Below are positions 8,719-17,700 of a stretch of 64,000 nucleotides of DNA, piece by piece; the first letter of the stretch is position 1, and each line of letters begins with the position of its first letter. The stretch spans positions 62,001 to 126,000 of the IMG/VR virus record IMGVR_UViG_3300043426_000266; one strand, written 5' to 3'. The notes beneath the pieces are model-generated. The model ran no database searches. It had not been told where the DNA came from and saw only the letters and a program-made list of their open reading frames with translations. The position numbers and the translations under genes are program-made.

Positions 8719-9153
8719 GTGATGAACACTCATTCTTTAATCACTTCAATGAAAGCTTTTTTTATCGCTTTCATTAATCGTTTAATCCCCGTTGGGTTTA
8801 AACGTTATATTTTACTTACTTTGATTTATTCAAAAGGAGTAAACGAAGATGTTTTTGCTGAACCGAGTTTAGAAGCTTTAAATGCTAAACTTTGTATTGC
8901 AACCAACGTAAAGGCGATGGAGCACATTAGCATGATCTCTGAGCGAGTTTGGACAGAGCTTGAGATTAAACAAATCATGCGCGATGCAATCCATTGTAAT
9001 CTCAATGGCGAATGTGTTTCTTACCGGGACGCTGATGGAATAGGGAAAAAGATTCTTGAAACAGTTCCGGCTTGGATTAAATACGACAATAACGCGATGC
9101 TTAAAGATATTGTTAGTTTACTTCGGGTTGAGAAAGTTAGAATTTTGGCATAA
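8719..9153 (+). CDS. hypothetical protein
   Basis: 144-aa ORF with GAGG RBS, downstream of RNase H. Confidence 0.7.
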   Translation: MMNTHSLITSMKAFFIAFINRLIPVGFKRYILLTLIYSKGVNEDVFAEPSLEALNAKLCIATNVKAMEHISMISERVWTELEIKQIMRDAIHCNLNGECVSYRDADGIGKKILETVPAWIKYDNNAMLKDIVSLLRVEKVRILA

Positions 9154-9157
9154 AAAC

Positions 9158-9193
9158 AATTAACCCTCTCCTTTTTAAAGGAGAGGGTTAATT
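9158..9193. terminator. bidirectional terminator/hairpin
   Basis: AATTAACCCTCTCCTTT-TT-AAAGGAGAGGGTTAATT between convergent genes. Confidence 0.8.
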
Positions 9194-9203
9194 CCTATGC
9201 AGC

Positions 9204-10130
9204 TTATTTGTTTACATAGTCTCGAAGAAACTCTTTGTTATCTTCCATGACTTTTAAGAAAGTATCACCCAAGTGAACGACAGCACCTAAGAAAGAAATC
9301 TCTTCGGCGATCTGTCTGGTTGCAACTCTAATTAAATTAACGTTGTTTTGAGAGATTAAGCCGCGGTCAGCAGCGGTCTTAACTTTGACAACCAGTTTGT
9401 CTAAAATAGCAGAGATTGTTTTAATATCTTTTTCTAAATCATATTTGGTAATATCATTTAGATTTTCAGAAATCGCTTTTGTAATTACCTGCGTATCTTC
9501 CCAATCTTTAAAACGTTTAAATTGATGACCGAATGTAGTAACCGGATTTTCATAAGCAGAATCTAACATCTTTGCTAACTTCTGTTTAGTTTCAGCAATT
9601 GGTTCTTCATTCAAGGACAAGAAGCTGTATGAGTCCACTGGACGTTGATTCATTAACTCATCATTAGAAACCAATTCAGAGAAAAAGATTTTTGCACCTG
9701 GTAGAACTTTACCAATAATTAATTTCGAAATTTCTGTTGCTGCTAATAGAGTACCTGCATAATCTAAAAGTGGAGCTCGTAAACCCATCGGGTTTAACAT
9801 CTCGATATCCATCAAAGATGAATACGGAATTTTAGATAAGCGTTTAGATAAAACCGAATCAAAGGTAATGATTTTTAAAACGTCGTTTTTCATTTCCTTT
9901 AAAACGAAACGTAAGGACTCCTGACGGTTTTTAAGTTCGTCACCTAGTCCAGAGTTCTTATTACTGAAATCTTCCATTGCAAGCGAATGAGACGCTTTAG
10001 GTTGATTAAATAACATTGCAGCGGCAGTGCGCACACTTGGAGAATAAGTTGAGATTTCCCCAATCGGTTTACGCTGACTAATAGTGTCTTCTAAAATACT
10101 CATAGTTTTAATCCGGTTTGATAACTTCAT
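9204..10130 (-). CDS. virion head protein (phiKZ gp153-like), with propeptide
   Basis: Position between RNase H and UvsX; SLAME|D head-protease cleavage motif at about aa 49-53. Confidence 0.6.
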   Translation of the reverse strand: MKLSNRIKTMSILEDTISQRKPIGEISTYSPSVRTAAAMLFNQPKASHSLAMEDFSNKNSGLGDELKNRQESLRFVLKEMKNDVLKIITFDSVLSKRLSKIPYSSLMDIEMLNPMGLRAPLLDYAGTLLAATEISKLIIGKVLPGAKIFFSELVSNDELMNQRPVDSYSFLSLNEEPIAETKQKLAKMLDSAYENPVTTFGHQFKRFKDWEDTQVITKAISENLNDITKYDLEKDIKTISAILDKLVVKVKTAADRGLISQNNVNLIRVATRQIAEEISFLGAVVHLGDTFLKVMEDNKEFLRDYVNK

Positions 10131-10163
10131 AAAATTAATCGTTTCATCGATTCCAAATCATTT

Positions 10164-10185
10164 CAGATACATATTACTTACATGA
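10164..10185 (+). promoter_or_regulatory. early promoter motif
   Basis: CAGATACATATTACTTACATGA. Confidence 0.7.
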
Positions 10186-10236
10186 ACAAAGAATCGTATT
10201 CTTTACAATTAACTTTTATTATCGAAGGATGTTATC

Positions 10237-10782
10237 ATGAAAAAAGTAGTCGCTAGTTTAATGTTATCAGGTCTAATGCTTACCTGCGCAACTTCCGTTT
10301 TTGCTGACTTTCCTAAAATTATCTTTGAAGGAAAAACAATTGGACCAACAGATACTCGCACCTCTTTAATTAAAAAATTTGGAAAACCAACTTCAGGTGA
10401 TAAGACATATAGTTATTGGGATAAACCAAATTTTTCCATGTCTGCTAGCTATGATCAATATGGTGTAAAAGAGTTTGGTATAGCTCAATTAAAGTCGGTT
10501 CCATCTAATGTTCAGTTAAAAGTGAATGAACAAACTATCACATTAGGTAAAGATACAATCAACTCAGCAGTAAAGAAATTTAAATACGGTTGTTTTGATA
10601 TTCTTGATACTAAGTTTAATAGTAATTATTCACTCACCATTGCTGCTGGAGAAGAAGGCGAAATGAATGTGGTGATGGATGCTGAGTATACTGGCAAAAA
10701 ATCAACATCTGCAAATAAACCAATCTTCGGCTTTAAATTTAATACAAACGAACCTGATAAAAGTGAAGGTTGTAATTATTAA
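10237..10782 (+). CDS. secreted/periplasmic protein with Sec signal peptide
   Basis: MKK + hydrophobic core + VFA|D signal peptidase I site; AAGGA RBS. Confidence 0.75.
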   Translation: MKKVVASLMLSGLMLTCATSVFADFPKIIFEGKTIGPTDTRTSLIKKFGKPTSGDKTYSYWDKPNFSMSASYDQYGVKEFGIAQLKSVPSNVQLKVNEQTITLGKDTINSAVKKFKYGCFDILDTKFNSNYSLTIAAGEEGEMNVVMDAEYTGKKSTSANKPIFGFKFNTNEPDKSEGCNY

Positions 10783-10863
10783 TTGAATCTGGCACGAAAA
10801 CTAGAATTGTATCATCCTAGTTTTCAGATTCACTCTTAAACTAATATATAATGTAGGTGCATA

Positions 10864-11079
10864 ATGAAGAAGTTCTCTACCTTTGGTTGGATGAACCAAG
10901 AGGCTCTAGCCTCAATGATTACCCCGGCTCAAATGGAATCATTAATTTCATGGATTGAATATCAGGGTTATGTTCCTGATGATCAAGCCATCAGAACTAA
11001 GAGATTAGACCAAAACACCATCATCCGTGCGTCGGAAGATGGTAAGAAGTTCAGACTACACCGACGCTTAGCTGCATAA
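10864..11079 (+). CDS. hypothetical small protein
   Basis: 71-aa ORF with AGGTG RBS. Confidence 0.7.
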   Translation: MKKFSTFGWMNQEALASMITPAQMESLISWIEYQGYVPDDQAIRTKRLDQNTIIRASEDGKKFRLHRRLAA

Positions 11080-11093
11080 CCTAGGTGTCGGTG

Positions 11094-11149
11094 AACCCCC
11101 TTAAGAGATTCTGGGTTAATGAATCCTTTGCCAGTCATGGTGAAAATAT
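11094..11149 (+). ncRNA. candidate structured RNA element (H-type pseudoknot + TGCC-N6-GGTGAAAATAT), copy 1
   Basis: AACCC/GGGTT and AGAGATTC/GAATCCTT pairings; ungapped alignment to the copy at 42158 with compensatory changes. Confidence 0.55.
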
Positions 11150-11185
11150 GAACAAACTAAACCTTCATTATCAAGAGTATTTAAA

Positions 11186-11311
11186 ATGAGTAATAAATTA
11201 ATTTTAATCATTACTACCTCAATAATCATTGTCCAAGCCATCGTTTTTGATGCCACCTGCTTTACCGATAATGGTAAGCGGATAGACAACTGTGAAATAA
11301 AGAGAGAATAA
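11186..11311 (+). CDS. 41-aa single-TM microprotein (not in ORF track)
   Basis: MSNKLILIITTSIIIVQAIVFDATCFTDNGKRIDNCEIKRE; CATTATCAAGAG leader; followed by a terminator. Confidence 0.55.
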   Translation: MSNKLILIITTSIIIVQAIVFDATCFTDNGKRIDNCEIKRE

Positions 11312-11336
11312 GCTCTCTTTATTTTTTATCGTCATA

Positions 11337-11368
11337 AAAAAGGGAGGGGTTGCACCCCCTCCCTTTTT
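11337..11368 (+). terminator. intrinsic terminator
   Basis: AAAAAGGGAGGGG...CCCCTCCCTTTTT. Confidence 0.8.
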
Positions 11369-11389
11369 GTTCAGCATGGAGTACTTTTT

Positions 11390-11617
11390 ATGATTCACCG
11401 TCATTCTGACCTAGGTCAGATACTCACATATAATGTGGGTAATATGGTAGAGGCTTACCAGATTGATGATCATGTAAAAATGGTAGAGATTAATGATGGG
11501 TATATTCAACCCCTTACATTTATAAGGGAGAAGATAGAACCCTACATTGAAAATTACCATTGGTATAAAAACGTCGGCAATAGGGTTTACTTTATCCTAA
11601 GGCATAAGACTAGTTAA
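11390..11617 (+). CDS. hypothetical small protein
   Basis: 75-aa ORF with GGAG RBS. Confidence 0.7.
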   Translation: MIHRHSDLGQILTYNVGNMVEAYQIDDHVKMVEINDGYIQPLTFIREKIEPYIENYHWYKNVGNRVYFILRHKTS

Positions 11618-11622
11618 AAAAT

Positions 11623-11657
11623 AAAGAAGGGGCGACTAACCCCTTTATTTTTTTTTT
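11623..11657 (+). terminator. intrinsic terminator
   Basis: AAGGGG...CCCCTT followed by a long T tract. Confidence 0.65.
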
Positions 11658-11703
11658 GTTTTTTACAATAACGTATAATTAGATGTACTCAAAGGAGAAT
11701 TTC

Positions 11704-13152
11704 ATGAACGCATTTTGTGGTGACATGGCTGAAGAATTAAATCATTACGCAATTCCAAAATTAAGCTGTAATGCAATTTTAGATTATGTGAGTTGCGGGG
11801 GTATTGCCCTAGAGGGAGAGAAGGGGGAGTCAATTGCTAATGGCGGATTGAATAACTTCTTTGCATTAACTGGTATTGCCAATGCTTCAAAAACATTAGT
11901 GTTGTCTCATTTCATCATGACTGCGTTAGTTCGTTATTTTGAACATGCTGATGGTCATTTGAATGATACCGAAAATACTTTAGAATTTACTCGGATTATT
12001 AACTTTATTAAACAAATTTGTATTAATGAAAAGATTGATTACGACTCTGCAATCCGACCACTTATTGTTAAAAAGTTTCCTCTTATTCCTGGTTCTGTTT
12101 TAAATGGAACAGCATGGGAAAAGAACATTAAAAGCATGGTTGACAATCGTTCTAAATTTAAACAAAAAGATAAGCTAAAAACACCTATTCTTGACCACAT
12201 GGGTGAGAACATCTGGATGGCACCGCCGCACTTAGCATTTATTGATAGCTTCACAAACTTTACTCAAGATGTTGCAGAAGCTGCTCAAGATAAAGGTGTA
12301 GCAGGTGGTAAAGAGCGTAACATGGAATTCATCTCTGATCAGAAGGGTAAATTTCAGCTTGTTCGTGAGTTACAGAACATCCTTCCACGTGGTGATATCT
12401 ACTTAACGACTTCTGCCCATTTGGCGGACAACCTACAATTGGATCCAAATGCTGAGAAGAAAGCAAAACTAGAAGTGCTTGGTCGTGACAATAAACTTCG
12501 TGGCTGCCCCTCTAACTTCTATGCTTATCCATGGTTGTTCTTATTCATTTACTCAACTAAATCATTATTGGGTGATGACAAACTTCCTCTATACCCAGAA
12601 ACAGGTGTAGATAAGGATATGAAGAAAGATGGTGAGTTATCTGTTTTGGATACCTTTACTTGTCGTAGTAAAGTAGGTCAGACAAAAATCAACTTTCCAT
12701 TGATTATCTCTCAGTCACTTGGGGTAATGCCGGCTTTAACAAACTTCCATTATATAAAAGACTATTGTCAACGTTTTGGAATTACAGGCAATGGTACTGA
12801 AACAAATACGCAGAATTATCATTTGGACCTACTGCCAGAACTAGCGTTATCTCGCACCACCATTCGTCGTAAGATTGACGAATCTCCTGCGCTTGTTCGT
12901 GCATTAGAAATCACTGCACAATTATATATCATTCAACGCTACTGGAAGTCATTTGATCAAAGTTTGATTTGCACACCGAAGGAATTGTATGAAGATATTA
13001 AGAAACTGGGTTACAACTGGGACGAGTTACTAAATGGTACTCGAGGTTGGTGGCATTTTGACCAGTATACACATCCACTTAAATTTCTTAGTACTGTGGA
13101 TTTATTAAAAATGCGTGCTGGGTTATATAGACCATTTTGGATGAAAGACTAG
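11704..13152 (+). CDS. uvsX: UvsX/RecA-like recombinase (phiKZ gp152-like)
   Basis: Divergent Walker A TGIANASKT, DTENT, Walker B AFIDSF, RSKVG. ATG 11704 after AAGGAG. Confidence 0.8.
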   Translation: MNAFCGDMAEELNHYAIPKLSCNAILDYVSCGGIALEGEKGESIANGGLNNFFALTGIANASKTLVLSHFIMTALVRYFEHADGHLNDTENTLEFTRIINFIKQICINEKIDYDSAIRPLIVKKFPLIPGSVLNGTAWEKNIKSMVDNRSKFKQKDKLKTPILDHMGENIWMAPPHLAFIDSFTNFTQDVAEAAQDKGVAGGKERNMEFISDQKGKFQLVRELQNILPRGDIYLTTSAHLADNLQLDPNAEKKAKLEVLGRDNKLRGCPSNFYAYPWLFLFIYSTKSLLGDDKLPLYPETGVDKDMKKDGELSVLDTFTCRSKVGQTKINFPLIISQSLGVMPALTNFHYIKDYCQRFGITGNGTETNTQNYHLDLLPELALSRTTIRRKIDESPALVRALEITAQLYIIQRYWKSFDQSLICTPKELYEDIKKLGYNWDELLNGTRGWWHFDQYTHPLKFLSTVDLLKMRAGLYRPFWMKD

Positions 13153-13223
13153 GTAATACTTTCAAGGGGTCGGGATTACTCGGCCCTGTCTTTTATGCAG
13201 AATAAAAGGTGAGGAACAATTCA

Positions 13224-13439
13224 ATGAAGAATTATCGGTTTTTTATATTCGTGTTAAGTTTTTTACTTACAACTTATGTTGGTTTATTAGTGAAATACTT
13301 TTATATTCATAAACATGAGAAAACAGCAATTATCGCAGTTGTAAAACCTTGTCTTGAATTAAGCGTCTGGAATACCAATCTAATCAATAACAAAACCCCA
13401 ATTTGTTCAAACGCTAAAGGAGAGGAAAATGAAAGGTAA
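13224..13439 (+). CDS. small membrane protein
   Basis: N-terminal TM helix; GAGG RBS before ATG 13224. Confidence 0.6.
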   Translation: MKNYRFFIFVLSFLLTTYVGLLVKYFYIHKHEKTAIIAVVKPCLELSVWNTNLINNKTPICSNAKGEENER

Positions 13440-14100
13440 TCGTAAAGCAGCAGAAGCAGAAGCACTCTCCTGGGTGAAAGATGTTGATAAAACAGGAAGA
13501 ACGGTAAAGTGGTATCAAGAACGTTTTGCTGAAATGACAGATGTTCAGTTTGAAAAATGGATTGGTGATCTAGAAAACGAGCGAGATTACCTTTGCATCA
13601 TTACCGATAACATGGGCGGTGAAAGTATTGATATTAAAAACAATTTAGAGGTTGCTAAAAAAAGAGGCGTTCCTATGTTTGAACGTCTTTGGTTGACTGA
13701 CCCTAAATCTGGGCAGCGGTATTTATCAAACGTACCTTACCCGATTGTTTATCTACCTATCAAACGACAAATCGAATCAATCGAAAATAAACGTTCTATT
13801 CCAAAAATTTCATCTAAAAAGAAAGATGATTTAACTGGGCAGGTTTCAGGGGATGGGGCAGCGATGGCATTATCTCAACCTGAAACACAGATCCTATATC
13901 CAATGGGTTTAGAAGCCGTTGTGGTTGAATCATTAAAATACAGGGGCGGGGATATTAAAGGAGGTGATGAGTTTGATCGTAGTCTTATTGAAAGCGGAGA
14001 AGTATCGATTAATAACCTTCTTCAAACCTCAACTAAGGTTAAATCAACTCAAACCTTAAAAGCCTTTTTAATAGGAATGAATTATGACAACAACCTATAA
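13429..14100 (+). CDS. rpoB: virion RNA polymerase beta subunit, C-terminal part (phiKZ gp149-like)
   Basis: LTGQVSG..A..LSQPETQIL..GL...E.LKYRGGD resembles the beta C-terminal switch region; syntenic with UvsX. Confidence 0.75.
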   Translation: MKGNRKAAEAEALSWVKDVDKTGRTVKWYQERFAEMTDVQFEKWIGDLENERDYLCIITDNMGGESIDIKNNLEVAKKRGVPMFERLWLTDPKSGQRYLSNVPYPIVYLPIKRQIESIENKRSIPKISSKKKDDLTGQVSGDGAAMALSQPETQILYPMGLEAVVVESLKYRGGDIKGGDEFDRSLIESGEVSINNLLQTSTKVKSTQTLKAFLIGMNYDNNL

Positions 14101-14620
14101 TACTCAAGAAATTCATGATACGTTTTGTGAGATTGCAAAACGTTTGGTTTTCTCGCGTTTAAAAACGTTATACCAACTCAACATGAATGTAAGTAAACAA
14201 CGTTATGAACGTTTGACTAAACTAATGACCATCTTTAGTTTCAATCCGATTATTACAATCCCTGATGGTAGCGGTGACACAACCACTGATTTGGAAACCC
14301 GTATCGTTAAATGTATTACTTCATTTGAGGATAAAGATGCTGATGCGATTGGGGTAACTGAACATGATTTACTCATGTATGAATTAAAAGAGTTAAGCTA
14401 TTCTTTTTTAGCACAAATTGATTCTGCCGCATTGAGTGTTTATTTCGAACACCTTTGTGGTGAGGAAAAAGAGGCCGCGCATTATAATCAAGGGTTCGAT
14501 AAAATCTATAAGTCTATGGTGGTTCTAGCGGTTATTATTAAAACATCCGAAATGTATTCGGAGTTTTTTGAAGCAATGAATCTTGGTAAAAACAAATCTA
14601 AGCGAGAACCTAATGTCTAG
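14084..14620 (+). CDS. hypothetical protein
   Basis: 178-aa ORF coupled to the upstream gene. Confidence 0.75.
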   Translation: MTTTYNTQEIHDTFCEIAKRLVFSRLKTLYQLNMNVSKQRYERLTKLMTIFSFNPIITIPDGSGDTTTDLETRIVKCITSFEDKDADAIGVTEHDLLMYELKELSYSFLAQIDSAALSVYFEHLCGEEKEAAHYNQGFDKIYKSMVVLAVIIKTSEMYSEFFEAMNLGKNKSKREPNV

Positions 14621-15908
14621 TGTCGGTATAATGTTCGATTTAGATGCGATACTAGACACACGTTTAGGAAACATCAAACTAAACTTACCGAAGATATTCG
14701 ATGAAATAAAAGAGTCTCCCAAGTATTATTTACGAAAGAATGATGATTGGGGCAACGTTCATCCGGATATTAATAACAATCTCTTAACTCTGAATTATCA
14801 AGGGCGGGATTTAGAAACAATTAAATCCTCCCAACTTACCGTTGTAATTCGCTCAATTATTGATACGGTCACTAGTTTAAAACAAGCAATTTTATCCGGT
14901 GATCCAGAAATAACTGATTTCTTTTTTGTGTTAAATATTCATCCCTATAAGATTGATGAAGACACATTAATTGAATTGGCGAGATATGCTGTTCATCAAA
15001 TTGGATATCCAGACGTAAAAGTAGGGTTTGTTGACCTACCCTTTGAAAAAATTACACTGGAGTATTTACGTGATAACAATATTCTTCATTGGTATTGCTA
15101 TCATTATCAACAATGGTTATATAGCCAGTTTGACGGGATTACCTCAGCAGAGGATGAAAAGAAAATTAAAGGGTTTGCTGAGTGTAAACTCTACTGTCCT
15201 AAAATTCTATTTAATCAAACCAAAATTGATGAGTTGATGGATTCAGTTTTAGAAGAGGTTGACATTGATCAGTTTGAGATGACGAAAATTGCTTTTTCGT
15301 CTATCATCAATATTAACTTTCTTCCAGTCTCTGTCTTTAGTCGATTGGATATTCAAAAACTCATTGTTACTGAGCAGGGTGAATCCGTGGAACGTTCTAA
15401 TGTAATTAATATTTTTTATAACGCTGTAGAGGAGATTAAATTCAGATTAGGGGAAGAGAAACTTATAGGGTCAAAGTTGGTTGACAATCGGCTAAAGGTA
15501 TTAGAAGGTCGAATTGCTGAGTTGCAAGGTTTAAATCAACCTGCAACCTTGAGTCTATTTAGAATGAAGCTTGCTGAGTTTATGATTGAAGCGGCTAATA
15601 TCTACAACGCAACCCCGTTTAATGCTGGCGAGGATTTAGAACAAACATTGAATCACATGAGTTTACAAATTGACGTTACAGTAGAAGAGTTCTTATTAAC
15701 TGAAAATCACTGGAATGCTCAGGGGTTTAGAACCATTCGACAAGAACATCGTTTACCTTCGGGAGAACTTATTTATCGCTGTTTAGATGCTGATACCGGA
15801 TTATTGTTATCGCCTTTTAAACAAATTAAATTAAAATTATCAGCAATTGACGATTTAATCTTGGGTAATTATCTACAGGTGAATTCTAATGGAACTAATG
15901 GCGCTTAG
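14613..15908 (+). CDS. HAD-like DxD protein (phiKZ gp147-like) with C-terminal degenerate MazG/PRA-PH-like domain
   Basis: N-terminal FDLDAILDTRLG; C-terminal LAEFM..AANIY...NHMS...HWNAQGFRT...DTGLLLSP. Confidence 0.55.
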   Translation: MSSVGIMFDLDAILDTRLGNIKLNLPKIFDEIKESPKYYLRKNDDWGNVHPDINNNLLTLNYQGRDLETIKSSQLTVVIRSIIDTVTSLKQAILSGDPEITDFFFVLNIHPYKIDEDTLIELARYAVHQIGYPDVKVGFVDLPFEKITLEYLRDNNILHWYCYHYQQWLYSQFDGITSAEDEKKIKGFAECKLYCPKILFNQTKIDELMDSVLEEVDIDQFEMTKIAFSSIININFLPVSVFSRLDIQKLIVTEQGESVERSNVINIFYNAVEEIKFRLGEEKLIGSKLVDNRLKVLEGRIAELQGLNQPATLSLFRMKLAEFMIEAANIYNATPFNAGEDLEQTLNHMSLQIDVTVEEFLLTENHWNAQGFRTIRQEHRLPSGELIYRCLDADTGLLLSPFKQIKLKLSAIDDLILGNYLQVNSNGTNGA

Positions 15909-16044
15909 TGTCTTAGGTATTTTTATATTGTTATTTCAAACTTTGATGGTTTGGATTTGTTATGAAGTCTTTAGTATCAGAAAACACAATAAGAAAATAC
16001 TTAACAATTTTATTCAAACGCATAAAAAGAAAGAGGAGGGGTAA
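15889..16044 (+). CDS. 51-aa single-TM microprotein (not in ORF track)
   Basis: MELMALSVLGIFILLFQTLMVWICYEVFSIRKHNKKILNNFIQTHKKKEEG; AGGTG RBS. Confidence 0.55.
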   Translation: MELMALSVLGIFILLFQTLMVWICYEVFSIRKHNKKILNNFIQTHKKKEEG

Positions 16045-16060
16045 CCCTCCTCCTTTTTCT
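16024..16060. terminator. bidirectional terminator
   Basis: GAGGAGGG-GTAA-CCCTCCTC flanked by A and T tracts, between convergent genes. Confidence 0.8.
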
Positions 16061-16564
16061 TTATGACCCCATGAGATCAAGATTACCACCACCTTGAAGC
16101 TGTAGAGTCTGCCCACCTTGCAAGAATAACATTGCAGATGATGGGGAACCACCATTGTTGATAGTTACTTCACCAATGTAACCTAGGGAGTTTAATTTAG
16201 CTCTTAATTTATTTTCAAATAACTCAACGTCATCAATTGTAATATCATAGAATTGAGAGTTTAAAAAGAAAACTACTTCCTCAATAGTGCCAGAGAGAAT
16301 ATCAGCGGTAGCTGGTGGTATAATATTTTCTAAACTATCTCTTAAGTAGAATATAACTCTATCCTCATAACGAGCAGCTGGAGCTGTTGTTGCTGAGCCA
16401 TTAATCCAATTATCCATCTTAAGAACTAACTCTGTGTTATGTATACCACTTTCAACTGGAGTTATGGATACTAAAGAGTGGGCTTTATTTACTAATGAGA
16501 AAATAGACCTTAGACCCTTATTGGAACTAATGGAAGGTTTAACTCTTTTTCTAAAGTTAGCCAT
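16061..16564 (-). CDS. short virion/tail-fibre-family protein sharing the N-terminal domain of 19755..21191
   Basis: DRVIFYLRDSL and LNSQFYDITIDDVELFENKLRAKLNSLGYIG versus DRVLLYDRMNL and LNSKGYDFTVDDLELVNNKIKAKATSLGYYNG. Confidence 0.7.
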   Translation of the reverse strand: MANFRKRVKPSISSNKGLRSIFSLVNKAHSLVSITPVESGIHNTELVLKMDNWINGSATTAPAARYEDRVIFYLRDSLENIIPPATADILSGTIEEVVFFLNSQFYDITIDDVELFENKLRAKLNSLGYIGEVTINNGGSPSSAMLFLQGGQTLQLQGGGNLDLMGS

Positions 16565-16973
16565 TTGAATCTCCAAGTAAAGCTTCAGCTGTTAAAGCCT
16601 CATCAGCGCCTTGCTCTAATTCGCCCTGATTAACTGATACTTTAATTGGCACAGTTTCTCTAGGCGCCGCAGCTGCATCAGGCGCGCCACGTACGGCGCT
16701 AGGGCCACCCATTGCTTGAATAACTTCTTTAGCTGCTTGTTGAATATTAGATACGACCCCGACGGCTTTTTCTTCAGTTCTATTGCGCTGTATAGCAATG
16801 GTTTGTTTATCTTGACCATCCAGCATCTTAATCAGAATAGTTGCTGAATCTTTATCAGCCAGGGTTTGTGATAAGGTGGTATCAGAACCAGCCAGTAACT
16901 CAATTACTTTATCTCGCACATCTGACGTTTTCTCATATCGACGTTCTATGATTACGTTAATATCTTCACTCAT
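16557..16973 (-). CDS. hypothetical protein
   Basis: 138-aa ORF coupled to the downstream gene. Confidence 0.75.
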   Translation of the reverse strand: MSEDINVIIERRYEKTSDVRDKVIELLAGSDTTLSQTLADKDSATILIKMLDGQDKQTIAIQRNRTEEKAVGVVSNIQQAAKEVIQAMGGPSAVRGAPDAAAAPRETVPIKVSVNQGELEQGADEALTAEALLGDSNG

Positions 16974-17017
16974 TTAGAGTTCTCCATTGCAGGTCTCATA
17001 TTAATTTTAAAAATATA

Positions 17018-17039
17018 TAGATATATATTATTTACGTGA
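17018..17039 (+). promoter_or_regulatory. early promoter motif
   Basis: TAGATATATATTATTTACGTGA. Confidence 0.7.
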
Positions 17040-17124
17040 TGCTAGTCTTTTATTTTCACAAAAGGATTTAACTTATGCAAAAACTTAACTTACAATTCTT
17101 ATGCCTTTAGATAGGAGCATAATA

Positions 17125-17700
17125 ATGTTAAGGGTAATTAAAAAGATTAGACGTTATTTTCAAAGACGTTATCTTTTTGAAACGATTCAAGCGTTGGAAG
17201 AATTCTCCACTGAAAGAAAACTATGGCGGGTGGGTTACATGATCACCATGCTTCATTGTGAACTCCTGATTAAGAATAAAGATGTATTGACTGAGCGTGA
17301 GTTTATCAAACGTTTGTCTACAACTCGTTTTTCTTCAAAGTTTAATAATCTATCAGAGGTTGAGGAATACGCTATTGATTTTATCAATCAAACAATCCCG
17401 TTTGTTAAGGGTGAAATTAAAAGTCGCCCTAAAATAAACAATGGAAAGTTAGAAAAAGACCCGGTTAGAAAAATGGGTTTACTTTACTTCCTCGAAGCAA
17501 AGAACGAGGTTGAGCTATTCGATTCGATTGTAAGGATAAGAAATATCTGTTTTGATGTAGACGCACATTGCTCAAGCGCATCTATTGCAAGGCAACAGAT
17601 ATTGGAAAGTATATGCAAAGATATTTTTTCACCCTTACTTACAGTTCTACAAGAAATCTTTGAGGTACTATATGCCAACCAAACTAGAAAGTCTTCTTGA
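17125..17700 (+). CDS. hypothetical protein
   Basis: ORF track 17101..17700; ATG 17125 follows AGGAG. Confidence 0.7.
   Translation: MLRVIKKIRRYFQRRYLFETIQALEEFSTERKLWRVGYMITMLHCELLIKNKDVLTEREFIKRLSTTRFSSKFNNLSEVEEYAIDFINQTIPFVKGEIKSRPKINNGKLEKDPVRKMGLLYFLEAKNEVELFDSIVRIRNICFDVDAHCSSASIARQQILESICKDIFSPLLTVLQEIFEVLYANQTRKSS

Noticed and set aside
11094-11149. Hammerhead, HDV/theta, pistol, twister or SAM-II identity for the pseudoknot motif
   Set aside because: There is no CUGANGA core before the GCC/GGT-GAAA stem and no nested P3/P1.1 as in HDV-like ribozymes. The pistol and twister conserved nucleotides are absent. The AACCCGTATTG resemblance to SAM-II in copy 2 is not shared by copy 1.
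11219-11404. ORFs spanning terminators or promoters (11219..11404, 15931..16155, 41740..41952, 60324..60557, 46560..46784)
   Set aside because: They run through terminator hairpins or promoter motifs and are antisense to real small ORFs.
11704-13152. IALE|G in UvsX as a head-protease cleavage site
   Set aside because: It lies in the region leading into the ATPase core, and a 3-residue motif is expected by chance.
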